Assembly: GCA_021432655.1 (NCBI GenBank)
Contig: MU271225.1
Coordinates: forward strand, 1 to 64,000
Length of the DNA stretch: 64,000 bases
Direction of reading: 5' to 3'
Source: Atractiella rhizophila
Taxonomy: Eukaryota
Shown: one piece after another, positions 1 through 14,290 of the stretch
Layout: each line of letters opens with the position of its first letter
How positions within the stretch are numbered: the stretch's first letter is position 1
Program-made: the position numbers and the translations under genes
The notes under the pieces: generated by a model
Told to the model about the DNA's origin: nothing
The model's input: only the letters and a program-made list of their open reading frames with translations
The model's database searches: none

Positions 1-3000
1 TGAAGCATTTCCAACTTCCCCTCTTCGGACGCAACAGACATCCTCTCAACGTTGAAAAAGTTCCGGACAGCCTTTTCGGAGTGTTCAGCATTATCTGAAC
101 CATACAGCAGGCTGAGTAGTTGAAGAACCAGTGTGGTTGTGAGCGGGAACGATCCATTGAGGCTAGGTAAACGAGATGCCATTAATCGTCTGACTCGATC
201 AACGGGTATCCCATGGAAGATGACCTTCCCGATCTACACATCATCTTGTCATCAGAACGCCAGTGGCGTCCGCCGCATCACCACGTACGAGATCAAATCC
301 TCGCCTGAAAAACTGAGGCATGAGCACTGCCTTGGTCAACGATTGAGATTGAACACTCACCTCCCACTACGTCCACTGCACTGGCGATAATTCAGCGAGG
401 TCAGATACACCGAATCTCCTAGAAAGACCACGCTCTTGCATGGCATGTTGATTCCTAAACGGGATGATCAATAGATGATGATTGCATGACAAGCAAATGT
501 ACCCATTGCTAGGGTCCCTGTGCTAATAACCACTTGAAGGTACCCAGCACGAAAGAGGCTGCAAAAATCGCATAAGTAGACTTCATCATGACGAAGCAAA
601 CATACGTTTCCACAATAACCCGGTATCTGTACGCCATCCCGGCGTGATGAACACCTGTGCAGTCTCTCAGTGAGCTCTCAGGTTCAAGCAGGAGCGGTAA
701 CCCACCAATGCCACGTTTCAAAGCTTGCCCAAACCAAGGTTTCATTCCAATGTATTCAATCTCCTTTATCATTTCATCCACCTCATTCATCGAAAACTTT
801 CCCTTCAAATTTGCTAAATTGAATTGCGGAAGAGGTGCTGTAGGATCGAAGTTGGTATAAGGATCGCTCTCGGGCTCAATAAACTGCTCTTCATCCACCT
901 TACTGTTCTTTGCCTCTCGTTCTGCGCGTTTCTCCTTCTCTCTTCTCGTTTTCAGCCATATTTTGTACGTCTCCATTTTGAGCCTCCATTCCTCTGCACT
1001 GTCCTTCCATTCATCTTCCGCTTCTACCAACTCCTCGTAAATGATCTGTCCCGCTTGTTCACAGATGGACCGATCAAAATTGAAGATGATGGCGGGAAGC
1101 GATTGGTCTTTTTGAAGGTCGACGACAAGGGTAAAGAGAGATTCACCAAGATTCCCTTTCAGCTCTTCGTTCTGGTCGTTCCTGCATGCAGCATCGTCCA
1201 CTGATTTGTGAAGTCGGGCGATAATGGTGATGAACACTCCACGCTCCTTTGACATAAGTCGACCTAGTTCAGCCTTCAAGGACTTTTCGTATTCCAACAC
1301 GTCGACAATTCGGAGTTCTGTTCGTCCCTTGAAGAACTGTGCCGGTCGAAGGTTCTCATATCCGCCTGGACAGGTACGATCGAGTTCCTGGAAGAGAGTT
1401 AGGCAATCTGAGGGTTCCAGAGCTAGGTCTTCTGGAAGGCTCTGGGAGTTGGCGTTGAGGGCTGACAGCGGATGTATGCGTGTGAAGGAAGAGGAGCCAT
1501 GAGCTGATTTGCCTTGGAAGCCTTTGAAGGTCTCGACCAGTTGAGAAGGTGCGTAAAGAAACTTCCTTAGAGCCTGCCACGGAGATTAGCGGTGAAATCT
1601 ACATGTATAGTTTCTCACATTGTAACGTTGCTTATGCATAATCAAGGAATAGGGATGTCCGTGAGAACGCTGAACTTGTCCCAACCAGTTTGAAAAACCT
1701 GAGTCCATCATCAGCAATGGCAAAAGTTGTAATGAGAGCCTCACGTTCTGGAGAGCCAACAGTAGCACTGAGAGCGATGACTGGGCAGGTAACGAGAAGA
1801 AGTAACTGCTGCCAGACGGCACCATCCTGCTCGTTTCCAATGTTGTGGATTTCGTCAAAAATGACCCAACGAATACGAGGTGCCCAACGCTTAGCTAGGG
1901 CAGGGCTGAGGAGCATGATAAGGAGGATCTGTGGCACCGTTATTAGGATCTGACAATTTTGAGGAGAGTTGATTCTGTAATCTCGAGTGTGGATCGCCCA
2001 TAACGTCTTGCCTGCAAACATCGTCAGCAGCGATGACAATCACGACAAGAGTACACACCTGTGCCCGCGAAATCTTTTGAGAATCTAGCATACGTCTCGG
2101 CGGCAACTTGATTGACCTAATAGACTGCATCAGCGATTCTGATAGCCGGCCTGAGGGGTCAACCGACCAATGCTTTAGTGGGAGCTAGATAGACAATCAA
2201 GCCTTCGTCAGACTCTTGAAGTACTTGTTGCATTGCGCTATATCCTATGAATGTCTTCCCGGCACTTTAGGCTGCGTCAGATATGTCCCATATGCTACCA
2301 GCTTTACAAACCTGGTTGGAGCGCAGACCAACATGGACTCATGTCTATCTATCCGATCCAACACTTCCCTTTATTCAATCTTAAGCCGGTGCCTAAAAAA
2401 GTTAGACGAAAATTACCTTTGCCACTCATCGGGCTGGAAAGTGACCCTAGGATCAGGCTGCCCACCTACAGATCGATCCATGTATTCGCCAAAGATCTGC
2501 ACATAAACTCAGCATGACCAGGTATACAGTGGGCAATTGGAATAGCGAACTCTGAGTTGAAAGACCCAAGGATCTTCGTCAGTGATGTGTAAGAAAGGCT
2601 GAGGAAGTTTCAAGAACTTGAAAGACAATTGTCGATCCTCTGCCTCTGTTGAGATTGTCGCCTCGCGAGCCATTAGAAGTGACTCCAATCCCATCGCCTC
2701 GAGGACTTTTCGAATCGGTCGAAGATATGACGGGCACAAGGAAGATTTCTGCTTAAGGATATCGAGAACATGTCGCAATATTTGTACTCTATAGTCGTCT
2801 TCAGTCGTGTTGGAGATCCGTTTGTGCGTCGCATGCCATCGACTGATTAGGAGATGGATACGGTACAACCCCAACTCGATTCTGAGCCAGCTCGTCTCTT
2901 GTGTCCTCTTGTTTTTCGACAAGGCATCGACTCGCTGTAGCTGAAGCTCGATGTCAAGAGGAGTAAGAGCTTCCAGCTGGGATTTCCACCAAGTATGTGT

Positions 3001-5144
3001 CTCATCGTTCGATTTTTGCTGCCTATTCAATTGTGTAAGATTGAGGCTTTAGAAGGAAGGAGGACCAACTTCTTTTGCAGGTTCTCAGCCCGGATTTTAT
3101 CGGCATGGGAGAGGACAACACCTTTCGCCTTCTTGCCATGCTTCCCTTTATAGCCTCCTTGGCCAGCTTCACTATTCATTCCCACCTTCTTTTCCTTCGA
3201 GGTATCGTGCTTCCCGACCTTTTCTTTCCCTTTTTTATCTGGGACAATGACCGTCTTGATCATCCCTGCCTGTCCAGTCAAAGATTCAGCCTGCCTATGG
3301 AGAGCAGCTTTGAAGCGTTGGTCTCTCTGAAGACGCTTCTTTTCCAGCCATCTCTTCCTATCAGCAGATATAAAGCTGTCACGTTTCTCGGGAGGCCCTC
3401 TGTGGAGATGAGGCACCAACGGTTTAGAATTGTGCCAGTGCTTGTCTTCCTTCGTCACGGTCGAGAAGTTGAAAAATGGGGCTGGATCTGGCTCGTCCGC
3501 TGAAGGGAGAGAAAGGTGGACCGGGGTGAGAAGGGAGTCGATGATTGGATGAGAAAACGGGACGAGCTCGAGATTTGATGCATCCGCATCGTCGGGATGG
3601 AACCCATTTAGATGATGCGACGGAGGTCCGGGATTGAAGACTTTAGACAACTGAGCCTGACTAGTGAAAGAGACCATCAGCGTTTCCACCTCTTCCCAGC
3701 AGGACATTCTGACAACGTCATCCCCTCCCTCCAATATGCTATGAATAAGCTCCACGAAGACTCTTCCGTCCATGGCTAGGGCATCCTCAGATTTCAGTTC
3801 GCAAAATGTAACAACGGTGTGAATGGCACGATACAGACTGGGAAGGAACGAGGCGTGTAAAAATTGAACCAGCTTCTTTGGCAGCTTTCTGGTCCACGGC
3901 AGAACCCTGGCATCGAGAGGCAAGTCCTTGAGAAGCAGAGAATGCGCAATCCACACTCTCAAAAGAGGCAACGACTTCCTGCTCGAAGCCGGAGTTTCAA
4001 GTGAAAGGAAGGTAGCGGCGACTGTTTCCAAAAATCTCTCTTTCTGCACGACTTGTTCAAACATAGGAAAGGCATGAATTGAAGGACTCCGGACTGCAGT
4101 AGCATAGGCTTTCTTCGCTTGCTCGTAGGCCCTCAGGGAGCCGATCCTTGAATCGTGAACGAAAGCGAATATCTAATCTCAGCCTATTAGGTTTGATTTT
4201 CGGAGCGATTGAAGCGTACCTTAGCATCCTTGAACTCCAATCCTTCAAACAAACATACTCCCATGCCTTCCACCTCTTCACAAAAGCGGGCAAAGCAAGC
4301 ACGTCTCAGGAGAGAGGGTTGGGAGCCCCCGTCAGAAGTCAAGATGAAGAAAGGCTAAAAGATGTGCATTAACAGAACACAAGGAGAGAACCAAGATACT
4401 GACGGACCTTTTTGTGGTAGATATATTCTCTCCATTCCTCAGCCTCTAGTCCAGAAAATGTTTCAACAACAAGTGGAAAGGACGAAGTGTCGGGAGCAGC
4501 GGCGATAGAGCAACAATGCTTCCTCAGAAGGGCAGATGCCAATCTACGAGACCAAATCGCGCGTTCTTGCTGACCATCCGTCTTGCCTTTCAAGCCTTCC
4601 ACTGCGACGATGTCGTGAAGATCTAGCACGCAGAAGCAGTTAAGTTTTAGACTTGGAACGTAAAATAGAGGATAGACCTTCGAAAAAGACGATTTCGAAC
4701 ACACAGTCCCGTTTCAGAAACTTTAGTATCAGCTTTTCTAGCGTGTGGACGGCGTGCACAATTTGAAAGCTGAAATCTGCCAACCACATCCAGGCATTGA
4801 TGGATTGGCGTTGGATGGGATGATCCTTACCATCCCTTGCGTTCCCCAGATTGAGGAGTGGGTCGTTCAAGACCTGTTGTATGAGCGCATCACCTACAAA
4901 ATAATTACATAGGTCCATTTGGCACCAGAAACATTAGAATAACATTACCATCAATCAGAAACAGCTCCTGGCCACAATAATCGCCGACAAGATCCAAATA
5001 TCGAGGATTGAGAAAGCGAAACCAATTGACATCAAGCTCTTTCAAGAGATCGAGCTCTTCCTGTACTGCTTCCTCTTTTGAAGGAGACTCTTCTTTATGA
5101 GGTGAAGTTACTTCATTCTTTATTTCACCCAAGTCGATAGGCAT
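1..5144 (-). CDS. DDX60-like / Ski2-family DExH-box RNA helicase, multi-exon, 3' end runs off the window
   Basis: Spliced minus-strand ORFs give Walker A APTSAGKT (across an intron at ~2265-2310), [43 protein letters not shown] and QCSGRSGR. The N-terminus [16 protein letters not shown] is typical of fungal DDX60-like helicases. Confidence 0.88.
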
Positions 5145-5997
5145 AATGCTCAGGAGTTCAAAAATGCGCAGAAAATCAGGGAGATCAAGGGAGAAGCAGC
5201 TTCAAAGGCGACTTGTAAAACAGAGATAAAAGCGCCTCTTTCGCGTCGATCGAGATATGTAAAGTACCCTCGATTGACCTGCGTCTTTTGCGTCGGTGCA
5301 TCAACGACACGAGAGGCGCAAACGCCTCAACGACAGAAAAAAAAAACGGGCGAGAAAACACATTGCGACCTGTAGCGCAAGCAAAATCCTACTTTTGGGG
5401 GCTAGTCCTAACTTCAGGGACATTACTCCCTGTCTAGAGTTTGAAGACTTATTTTTTTCTCCAGATTGTTCTTAATGAAATTGGTTTGCATCAATGCGTC
5501 CTCTCCTCCAGTTCCAACCTAGTCTAGTAACGAGCACGTTGCTCATGTTACCTAGTCTCAGTCCCGCCCGTTCAGAAGAGCATGGAGAAGATCTCTGAAG
5601 CGCAGGTGGCGGTGGATGTAGTAATTGGTAAGAACTCGCGCGAGGCAGTGAGGGAGCTTACTGCTTCCCCACAGCCTGAAGAAGCTTGTTTGGTTAAGGT
5701 TATCTAATGAACTCGTCGTTTCTCTTGTTGTAACTGAATCAATTGCAGTTGTTGGCTGTTGTTTGACAACCTCAACTGGTTATCGTTGTTTACACCTGGA
5801 TGAAAGTAGAGCGACTAGTGAGACAAAATAGAAGAGACGAGAATGATCACATCACTGGGACTACACTGGCATGTTATGCTTCCAAGGAATGACTCCATTG
5901 ATTGAACTTCGTCGGTACTAGCATCATTAAGTGAATAGATTCTTCTTAACATGAAGCACGTATTATCCAAACTGCAAGCATGACTTGACTCGACACT

Positions 5998-7879
5998 TTA
6001 AGTCCTGACCTTCTCAATGCTCTCCGCGGGTGAAGGCAGCCCACCATTAGACAGTGGGTCGCTTTGAGCCATCAACTTCTCGTGTGCTTTCACCTCTTTA
6101 CTTCTCTGCCAAATTTGGATCAGCGGCAGCGTGACGCAGCTGACAGCTACCCAGGACAGCAGGATTCCATAGTTGAGCGACAAATCGTTCTTCGTTCCAA
6201 ACAGTATGGAACGGACGAGACGAGAAAGGTTATACGCTGGCCATGCTTTCCCTATACAGATCGGTTGGTTAGACATCAAAATTCGAAGTGACGAAGAAAC
6301 GGACCGTATTCGTAGACGGAAGGGAGGAGATCGAAGGGGAGCAGAGAGACGGAGACGTTTGTAAGCAGGATAAGAACGAAGAGAATGGATATGAACCTGA
6401 AAGAACGTCAAATGTGCCAGTAATGAATCTAGAATACGGACCGGACGGTGAGAAGGGTCACCAAAGCTTGTAAGGCCAACCCGACAGATGACATCCCCAA
6501 AAACAAGCCGAGCCAATATAGGAAGAATCCTGCGCCGCCGAAACTTTCACCATATATGAGCACACTGTCACTCTCCAATGAAGGAGGAGAGACTTACTGT
6601 CGGTTAAAGTCTCCTTGGAACATCAACCCCAAGAATGCAAATGCCTATGGAATGGATTAGCACTGTTTCCGCTAGGGAAGAAGCTAGCTTGCTTACCCAT
6701 GAGAGGAAAAAGTAGAAAATAAAGGAGATCGAGACGCGAAGAAGGATAAGTGAGCGGATATTGAGATAGTCCGCGACTGCCACTTGAAAAGCGGAGGTCA
6801 TCATTGTAGTTTGGAATGCGAATACCTGCACGTCAGTCAGAGAGAAAATTATCGCAAAACACAGAGGACCTACCATCACGTAAATAAGTCCGACAAAACT
6901 AGGCAGCTCAGTTAGAATATGCATTTTGGATATAAGGAGAAAACGAACGTGAGCACAGTAGCCAGTGGTTGGTCATAAGGGTGGAGATTATTGAGCGTAT
7001 ATCCAACTGGCTGCGTCAACAACGCTATTGGTAGCGATCTGACAACGTCAAGCCCACTTGCCGCTTGAAGGAACTGGGCACCAAAGCTCTGCGCGAGATG
7101 AGCATTAACTCGTTGGAGAATCGTAGTGGTGTAAGGAACGACGAAGTTTCCAGTGGCTAATTCGTTCCTGGCTTGAGAGTAGAACACCTGTACGACATCG
7201 CTCGAATTCCATAACGCGTCGGCTCCATTGAAAGCAGTTTGCAACCTCTCTGTCGCCGCCGTACGGATTACAACAACGACCCAAGCATGCTCGTGCTCGA
7301 TTTGCCTTCTTGCATCCTCCAAAGCTTCCTCGTCGCTTCCAAATCCTGACGGGGGCATAGAGCCAGATGTGTAAGGCTCCCATCCCAGCCAGGCTTTCAG
7401 GTTCGCCACTCCTGTGCCATGTGTGTGCGTACCGTGATTTGAGGAAAGAAGAGCAGATGAAATCGAGGTGCCAATAGCAGAGCCATCAAGATCAAGGACA
7501 AGAGCACGAAGGTTGGGAATGAGCGAATATTCCTTGTAGAGAGAGCCCCAGTAACTACATTCATTGAGAGTCATCGGCTGCATTGACAAAATGGTACGCA
7601 CAAGGGCATGATCGTGAACACCTGAAGGACCAAAATAACCAAACCGCCGATCAAGGCTGCTTTGAGATAGACGGTCCTCTGAGACTTAATTTCTCGGTCC
7701 CAGAAGTTGTATTTGTACTTCTGTGGAGCGGTAACCAAGGTCGCTTGCCTTTCTAACTCCTTGTCACCCATAACCACCTCCTCCGTCGCTACTCTGCGCC
7801 GTGTGAGTTCTTCTGCATCTGCCTCTTCCTCCTTCGCTCGAGCCGACAGTTCGCTGGCTCTCCTGGCGCTATTTTCCAT
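5998..7879 (-). CDS. DUF3533 / SNG1-like (nitrosoguanidine resistance-type) multi-pass membrane protein, multi-exon
   Basis: N-terminal TM then YWGSLY, VLDLDG..IG, a luminal domain ending LHPY, several hydrophobic helices and YGHAWPAYN..R.ILF near the C-terminus. ORFs 7571-7879, 6912-7601, 6604-6924 and 5998-6516 are joined by GT-AG introns. Confidence 0.75.
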
Positions 7880-9321
7880 TTCGAAAAGGCGCTCAAGGCT
7901 GAAGAGTGTGAAAGCATCTGGGGCTTAAAAGGCTTCTAGGTCCATCTGTGACTTTGCCATTGAGGATTCGGCCAATCTCCCCGCCACCGACCTTGCGCGG
8001 GGAGAGGCTTTGAACAAGGAATGTGTCCCGCAGCCTTCCTCGGAATGTAGTAGTCCTTTGAATCTTTCAGTGATGCCTATGTTTCGGTGCATTACCCGCC
8101 GAAACTTTGCATGTGGCCGAATACTGTTCGCTGATGGCCCGCGGATTGATTCGACACTGTGGTAAACCACCAGAAGTATTGGGTAAAGGCTTCAACCCCA
8201 ACCCTGAATTGACTTGATTGCGACCATGCGATCAGGAGAGCTCCATGGAAACAGGCTCAGATCCCAAATCTACCGAAAAAACACTGGATGTATAGAACAG
8301 AAGAGTCCAGGTATGTATATAAACATGGAAAGGTTGAACGCGGTGCCAAGGCGTTGCCTAGAATTTAGGCAGGAACTGAATTGAAAGAGATTCGCTCACC
8401 GGTCTTTCCAGTCTAGAAAGCTTACAATACGTCAAGTTTGTCACCTCAGACTGTCACCCTAGACCCACACACATTATATACAGCAAAGGCGGGATGTTCT
8501 TTGTGCAAGAATCCGCTGTCAGTCGGTAGACAGCGTATATCGACAGTCACGTGAGGACAACTATTTACATTGGTTTACATAAGCAACAGAGATTGTGGCT
8601 TTCGAACACAGGATCGAAGCCATCCAACGAACACAGGAGTCTGCTTGAGAGATTACTGAGACCATTTCCTCGTCTGGTGGAGATCACGGTGAGTATTTTG
8701 TGCGAACAAGCCTTGCGGACTGCGGAATATTTCGCTGCTTGTTCTTATGAGGGATGAGCGGTGACTAGACTCTCCGAATAGATATTGGTTCCTAAATAAG
8801 CCTGCTCAAGGCCTGCTATCGCTCATTTTCTCCCAGCTCGATAAACCCAAGTTCAACCAGAAGACTTTGAGCAACTTTCCTCTTTCCTCCAGTTTCACTG
8901 GAGAATAAACCTATTCAACACGACACTTTTGAGACGTCGCCCATGTGAAATGCCTTTGCCAAGTGACTCACATTCAAATTTTGCTAAAAACAATTAGTTT
9001 CAGAAGAATAATGACACACAGTTTAAGGATGTGAACAGATTATCAAAAAATCCTGCCCTAATCAGGTCAACTCTCGAAAATACAAAATCACATAGATAGC
9101 CACCAGTCTGAAGCGGGACAACCTTGAAAGTAACAATTGTAATCAAGCACCTGTTTATCTAGTGCACTCCGAGAGACAGTAGCTGAAATAGGAATTTAGT
9201 ATCTTAACTTCCAGTCACATGACTTTAGCAAACTTTACACAGGTCTGTTACGTGAATTTCAACTACTTTTCAGGAGAGGGGCGTGTCACCCCTCGTTGAA
9301 TCGATTTATCCTTCATTGGAA

Positions 9322-9971
9322 ATGGATCCTCAAGTTCCAACGACGCAGGCCACGTTTCAAACCCAAAGTGATATCATAACAGAAGCTGGTGATGCGGTAG
9401 ACGATGTGTGCTTTGTGCTTGCTCAAATGATCGGAAAGCTTTATCTGGAATACAGATGCTGTCTTTTATGTCGCTCACTATTCAAACTATCACCCAACGG
9501 CCTCGGTGGAGATCTTTGCACCCAAGTATGCCTACCACGCTGAAAGTATCGGGAAGCTCGACAGTGCAAGACCCCCATTGTGCGTTTCAACATCTTTCTT
9601 CCTCGCATTGCATTTTCATAAACTTCTGCTAGCGCGAAATGTGGAACTCGCTCTTGATCTGATACATAAAGCGAAAGAACTCGAAACCATGATCAGCAAC
9701 CTCCCGTGCCCTGATCCGGACGACACTGAAGCTCAGAAAGCTGAGAGATTGAAGCTCCTTGAGGAAGAAAAGCAAGAACTAGATGCCGAGTACGAAAGGG
9801 AGATGGAAGACATAGGTTCGTTAGATGCATCATTGCTGTCCATCTTCCGCAAAGAGCAATAAACTCTAATTCGGTTGCACAATAGATAAGCTCTTCGAAA
9901 ATCTAAAGGCAACGAAGAAGAGCATATTAGATAAAAAGTCTGCATTCGACGCTCGCGTCAACAGCACATAA
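9322..9971 (+). CDS. MED21: Mediator subunit Med21 (Srb7)-like, multi-exon
   Basis: SDIITEAGDAVDD ... ELALDLIHKAKELETMISNLP ... Q.ERLKLLEEE coiled coil matches the Med21 pattern. ATG at 9322; spliced stop TAA at 9969-9971. Confidence 0.72.
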
Positions 9972-10396
9972 CCAACGACAATGTGCGTCTCATTCTGACG
10001 AACAAATATGTGCGCTACAAACGTAAAGGTCGGCACGCTTCAACGAGACCTGCGATTCAAGTTAGTCTTAGAAGAATCAAAGATGGTGTGGTTGTTTAGT
10101 GAGACGACATGTCAGAGGGACTGCGATCCGTCATGCTCCTTTTGTCTGCGAATGTTTAGCATTAGGCAACGTTCTTTCAAAAGTTTTGTCACGAGAACAA
10201 AACATCGAACACTGTTCTGTTCACTCCAAGGCATAATTCAAGCGTGGGTCTACCTGCGTGTGAAATGATGATAATAAAAACAAAACTCCAGAACCCAATA
10301 CCGCAGTGAAAGGGAAACTTTGAGGCTGCAGCTTGAAGAAACCTAATTCATAAAATGTACTTTAAAAAAATGCTTAAGAAATTGACTCTCAAGCAG

Positions 10397-10468
10397 TCTT
10401 CGATAGTATAGTGGTTAGTATACCCGCTTGTCACGCGGGTGACCGGGGTTCAATTCCCCGTCGGAGAG
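10397..10468 (+). tRNA. tRNA-Asp(GTC), intronless
   Basis: 72 nt. Acceptor TCTTCGA/TCGGAGA, D-arm TAGTATAGTGGTTAGTATA, anticodon arm CCCGC-TTGTCAC-GCGGG, T-arm CGGGG-TTCAATT-CCCCG, discriminator G, then a T5 Pol III terminator. Confidence 0.97.
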
Positions 10469-11053
10469 AATTTTTGCTAATTACTCTGTAATTTTTCCAC
10501 TCTCGTACTCTCTTATGTGAACACCAACCCTCAGAAGGAACAATGCATCATACCTGTTCTCATTTCCATTTGTAATAGCTTGATATAGCTTCTTTCAACG
10601 TTGCTATTCTATTTATCAAGCCACCACGCTGCGTCCCCTCGTCCCCTCGTCCCCTCATCCCCTAAGCACCATCGCTCTTGCCCTACTGCTACCCCGTTGT
10701 ATTTGTCAAGTCAAGGAACTATCATGAAATTGAGGTGGAAAAGCCTAATGAGAGTGCACAGAGATGTTACAGGATTCACGATGCCGAATATAAATCAATA
10801 AATCATCCATCCCTTCAATCTGGGCTCAACCGATCCCAATCCATCATTATTGTAAGTAAAAAAGACAGTAGCAGTAGATAGGCAATAGGCGAAAGTACTA
10901 AGATCAAGACCGAACGTGAACTAATGAGTGACTGCATTGAAGTGAAAATGCAGGGAATCCTTGTGACATGCTATAAACAGGAAACATCCTTGGAGTAATC
11001 AGAACTGGTGCTCGTCCGTAAATGAGAAAGGAATGTCAATAATCGACTGCTCT

Positions 11054-14000
11054 CTAATTGAAATACATCGACGATCTATTTTTCCTTGATTGAGAAGATG
11101 GTTTGGTGGATGAAGGTCGGGGAGGATTGAAATCCTGCATCGGTGAAATTGGTTGAGGAACTCCATACACCATACCTGTGGGCACAGGGACGGGGTTGAA
11201 ATACATTTGCTGTCCTGGAGAAACCATTCCGTTGTACATTCCGTTATAGGGAACGTACGACATTGGGGGAGGAAAAGCTGGCATCGTGACAGGCATCGGT
11301 GGTGGGCTCGGCACTTGATAGTTCGAGACAATTGATTGACGTTTTGAAGAAGAAACCGAGCCTCTTCTTGAATTCGAAGCCGTGAAATCCATGTTCGAAA
11401 CTGGCGGCGGTGGCAGGGGGGAATGGCGTCCAGATTGGTGGCGATCCAAAGCTGGTGGTGAAGGAAGACTCGGGGCCGGTTGATGCTCCCATTCTCTTCT
11501 CAACGAAGATCGCGTTGGGAGCGAGTTGTAGCTCTTGCTTCGTTCTGTAGGTGTAGGCAACGGAGGTTGGCGAGGGCCAGGGGTGAGTCCGACGCCAGAA
11601 CCAGATCCCGACCCTGAGCCTGAACCTGAAGACGACCCACGTTCGATTTCCATCTGAAGGTCTAACTCTTGACGCTGCAATTCAGCAAGGGAGGGCATGG
11701 AACCGCGCGATTTTGAGTACGACGGATAAGGAGAGCGAGAAGGCCCTGGAGAAGAGGTTGCTGATCGCTGAGGTGGAGAAGGCTTAGCAAGGAGATCGTT
11801 GCGAGAGGACGGTCGTGGAGGAGGGGGAAACAAAGTTGAAGTAGGTCGCAGGGAGGGAGAGGTGGATGTTGGCGTTCCTTGCCCAGGGCTCGCACCAGCA
11901 GATTTACTGGATGCCGAACGGTCATGACCCTTCTTGGCCGCCGTATTCGAAAGTTCTTGCACGATCGATCTCCGCTTATTAAACGGGTTCCTCTCCTCTT
12001 CCAACCTCGCCCTTTCCTTCCTTTCCGCATCGACCTTCTTCTGCTCTCTCTTCATCATCTCCGCAAACTCCCTCTCTTGCCACGACATCGAGTTCGGACG
12101 CTCCGGCACGGGAGCAGCAGGGATGGGAACCTCGTCATGATGGCGGAGATCGATCATGCTCATCCTGTTCCTCGTTTGCAATTGAGCGGTCGCTGGATCA
12201 ACTGTCGAACGCCTCTTCAGCTTCTCCCTCAACTTCAGTTTCTCTCGCTCTAAGACGTCGCTTCCACTCCTACTCGCTCCACTCTCACTCCCACCATCGA
12301 CGGTAGTGGAACGTGCGCGAAGAATGGCAAGCGGGATCTCATCCTCTTCGTCCTTTCCTTCCTCTTCCACATATGTCCTCCGTCTGGAGGGAACAGAGAG
12401 TGCGCTTGACGATTGCAAAATAGGTTGTGATTTCGTGAAAGCCAGTAAATCGGCTGACCACTGTTTATATGAAAAAGCAAGGGTCAGTACTGCACTGGTT
12501 TTCATTTGACGAAAAGCGATACCTTCACCCTGGCAGAGTGTCCCAAATCCGATTCCTTCGCCACGACATCTACAATCGTAGCCTCCCCATCTAGGCTGAC
12601 GATACTCCTCGTGCGTTCTCTCCACCTCTTCCTCTCCGCCCACTTACCCAAACTCAACGGATCCGAATGGGGAGGCAAATCCTTCCCTCTCTCCATCTCC
12701 GCCTGAAGTTGAACCTCCCTCCCATTCCCCACCAGGCTCCTCCTCTCTGCGACGACAGGGTAATTCTCTAGTTCTCCCACATTTGTTCCTTCCTTTAACT
12801 TCACCAACAAAATACTTCGCATCAATCCCACCTCCAGGTTCCGGCACTGCTCCATCCCGGCGCTTGCTCTCGTATTGACTGATCGAGGGAACGCCTTCCT
12901 TCCCATCCGACTATCGAATACTATGCCCTCCGCATTCGTAATGGCCGGATTGGAAGCGTTCCGAATCTTATACATCGTCCTATCCAAGAATCTCTTCCCA
13001 CCAGGAGCAAGACGGACGCCAACCATGTTCCTCGAAGGGGAATTCGAGCGACTTCTACCGGGGAGAGAAGTGATGGGAGGAGGCGGAAGGAGTGGCGGGA
13101 GCGCTGGGAACTGGTGGAGTAGGGAGTGGCGGAGGTGGGTCAGACGCTTTGAGGACCGCTGCTACTGTTTCTGAGACCGACTTTGAGCGCCGTTCGTGCG
13201 TGCGGAAGAACGAGGGGCGTCTAGTAGCGGCTCGAGGCGTTGGGCGTTGGGTTTCGTCGATCTGCTCTGGTTCTGTGGTGGCGGTGGTGGGGAGTGAAGG
13301 AGACGGTGGAAGCTCTGGAGAATTTTGAGTGTTCTTTCCTGAGAGGGAGAAGAATCGGGAGGTCCTATTCGCGACCTTTTCCTGTGTCATCTGGTTCTGG
13401 CGAGGTTGCGGCTGAGATTGTAGTAATGTAGGATGTGACACAGATGATGGAAGTGCAGGGGTAGAATACGAAGGCAGATTCGTGATCCGCTTCTCCTTTG
13501 GTTTCTCTTTATCTTTCTCCTTCTCCTTCTCCTTGCTCCCACCGCCAAGCAAGGAATTCCAGAAGCCTTTGAACGAAGTCTTCCTCGCTCTCGGCTGTAC
13601 CCCGTTCCCATTCCCCGACACATTCTCTGGGCCTGGAAATTCGACACCGCCCACACCTGCCACCGTGACAGGTACGGCGAGGTGGACTGGGAGATGCATA
13701 TGTGATGAAGTAGGAGTGACTGGCAACGACTGGCTCTTCTTCTTCTTGAGACCTCGCACCGGTGAAGGAGGGAGAGGGAGGGACAAAGATTCGGTGATCT
13801 CTTCCTTTATGGAGCTTGTCGCAGCAGAAGGTGAAGGGAACGCTGGAGAGGTGGCCGAAGGAGGCGATTGCTGCATGGTTGGAAACTGGACGATTTCGAA
13901 CAGCTCTCCCTGGACTTTCGTGCTCTCCTTGTCCATCACTCCGTGTGACGGAAGACCATTGGCATTGATGGTCGTCACTTCCGCCACCGAAAGGGGAGGC

Positions 14001-14290
14001 GTCGACTTTGCTTTCCGTTTCAGTGTCAGATGGAGAGGGTTTCGACTCGAGATTTTCTCCTTCGTCGTGCTCTTCGTGTTGGAGGAGAGGGAGGGATCTG
14101 AGTTGGAGAAAAGGTTCATCATGCTCTTCTTCTTCCCTGTTGGTGGTTCGAGTTCAGAAGCTGCTGTATCCTCTTCCATTGCCGAGAAGACGGCGATGGT
14201 TGGTGTAGAGAGGGCAGAGTCGACGAGAGTGGAAGTCGACTCTGAATCTGGGGAGTAAGACGTCACGACGGTGAGGTGTTCTGTTGGCAT
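11054..14290 (-). CDS. Ser/Pro-rich low-complexity hypothetical protein (one intron ~12455-12518; apparent 1-nt frameshift at ~13097)
   Basis: ORFs 13055-14290, 12502-13026 and 11054-12643 have the same compositional bias. They join through a -1 shift in a C run and one GT-AG intron. Contains DEIPLA motifs and an Arg/Glu coiled coil. Confidence 0.65.

Noticed and set aside
5225..5335. Imperfect inverted repeat with CGCG-like motifs upstream of the helicase
   Set aside because: Too short and degenerate to call as a regulatory element or RNA structure.
13482..14258. 258-aa + strand ORF
   Set aside because: Antisense shadow of the Ser/Pro-rich gene.
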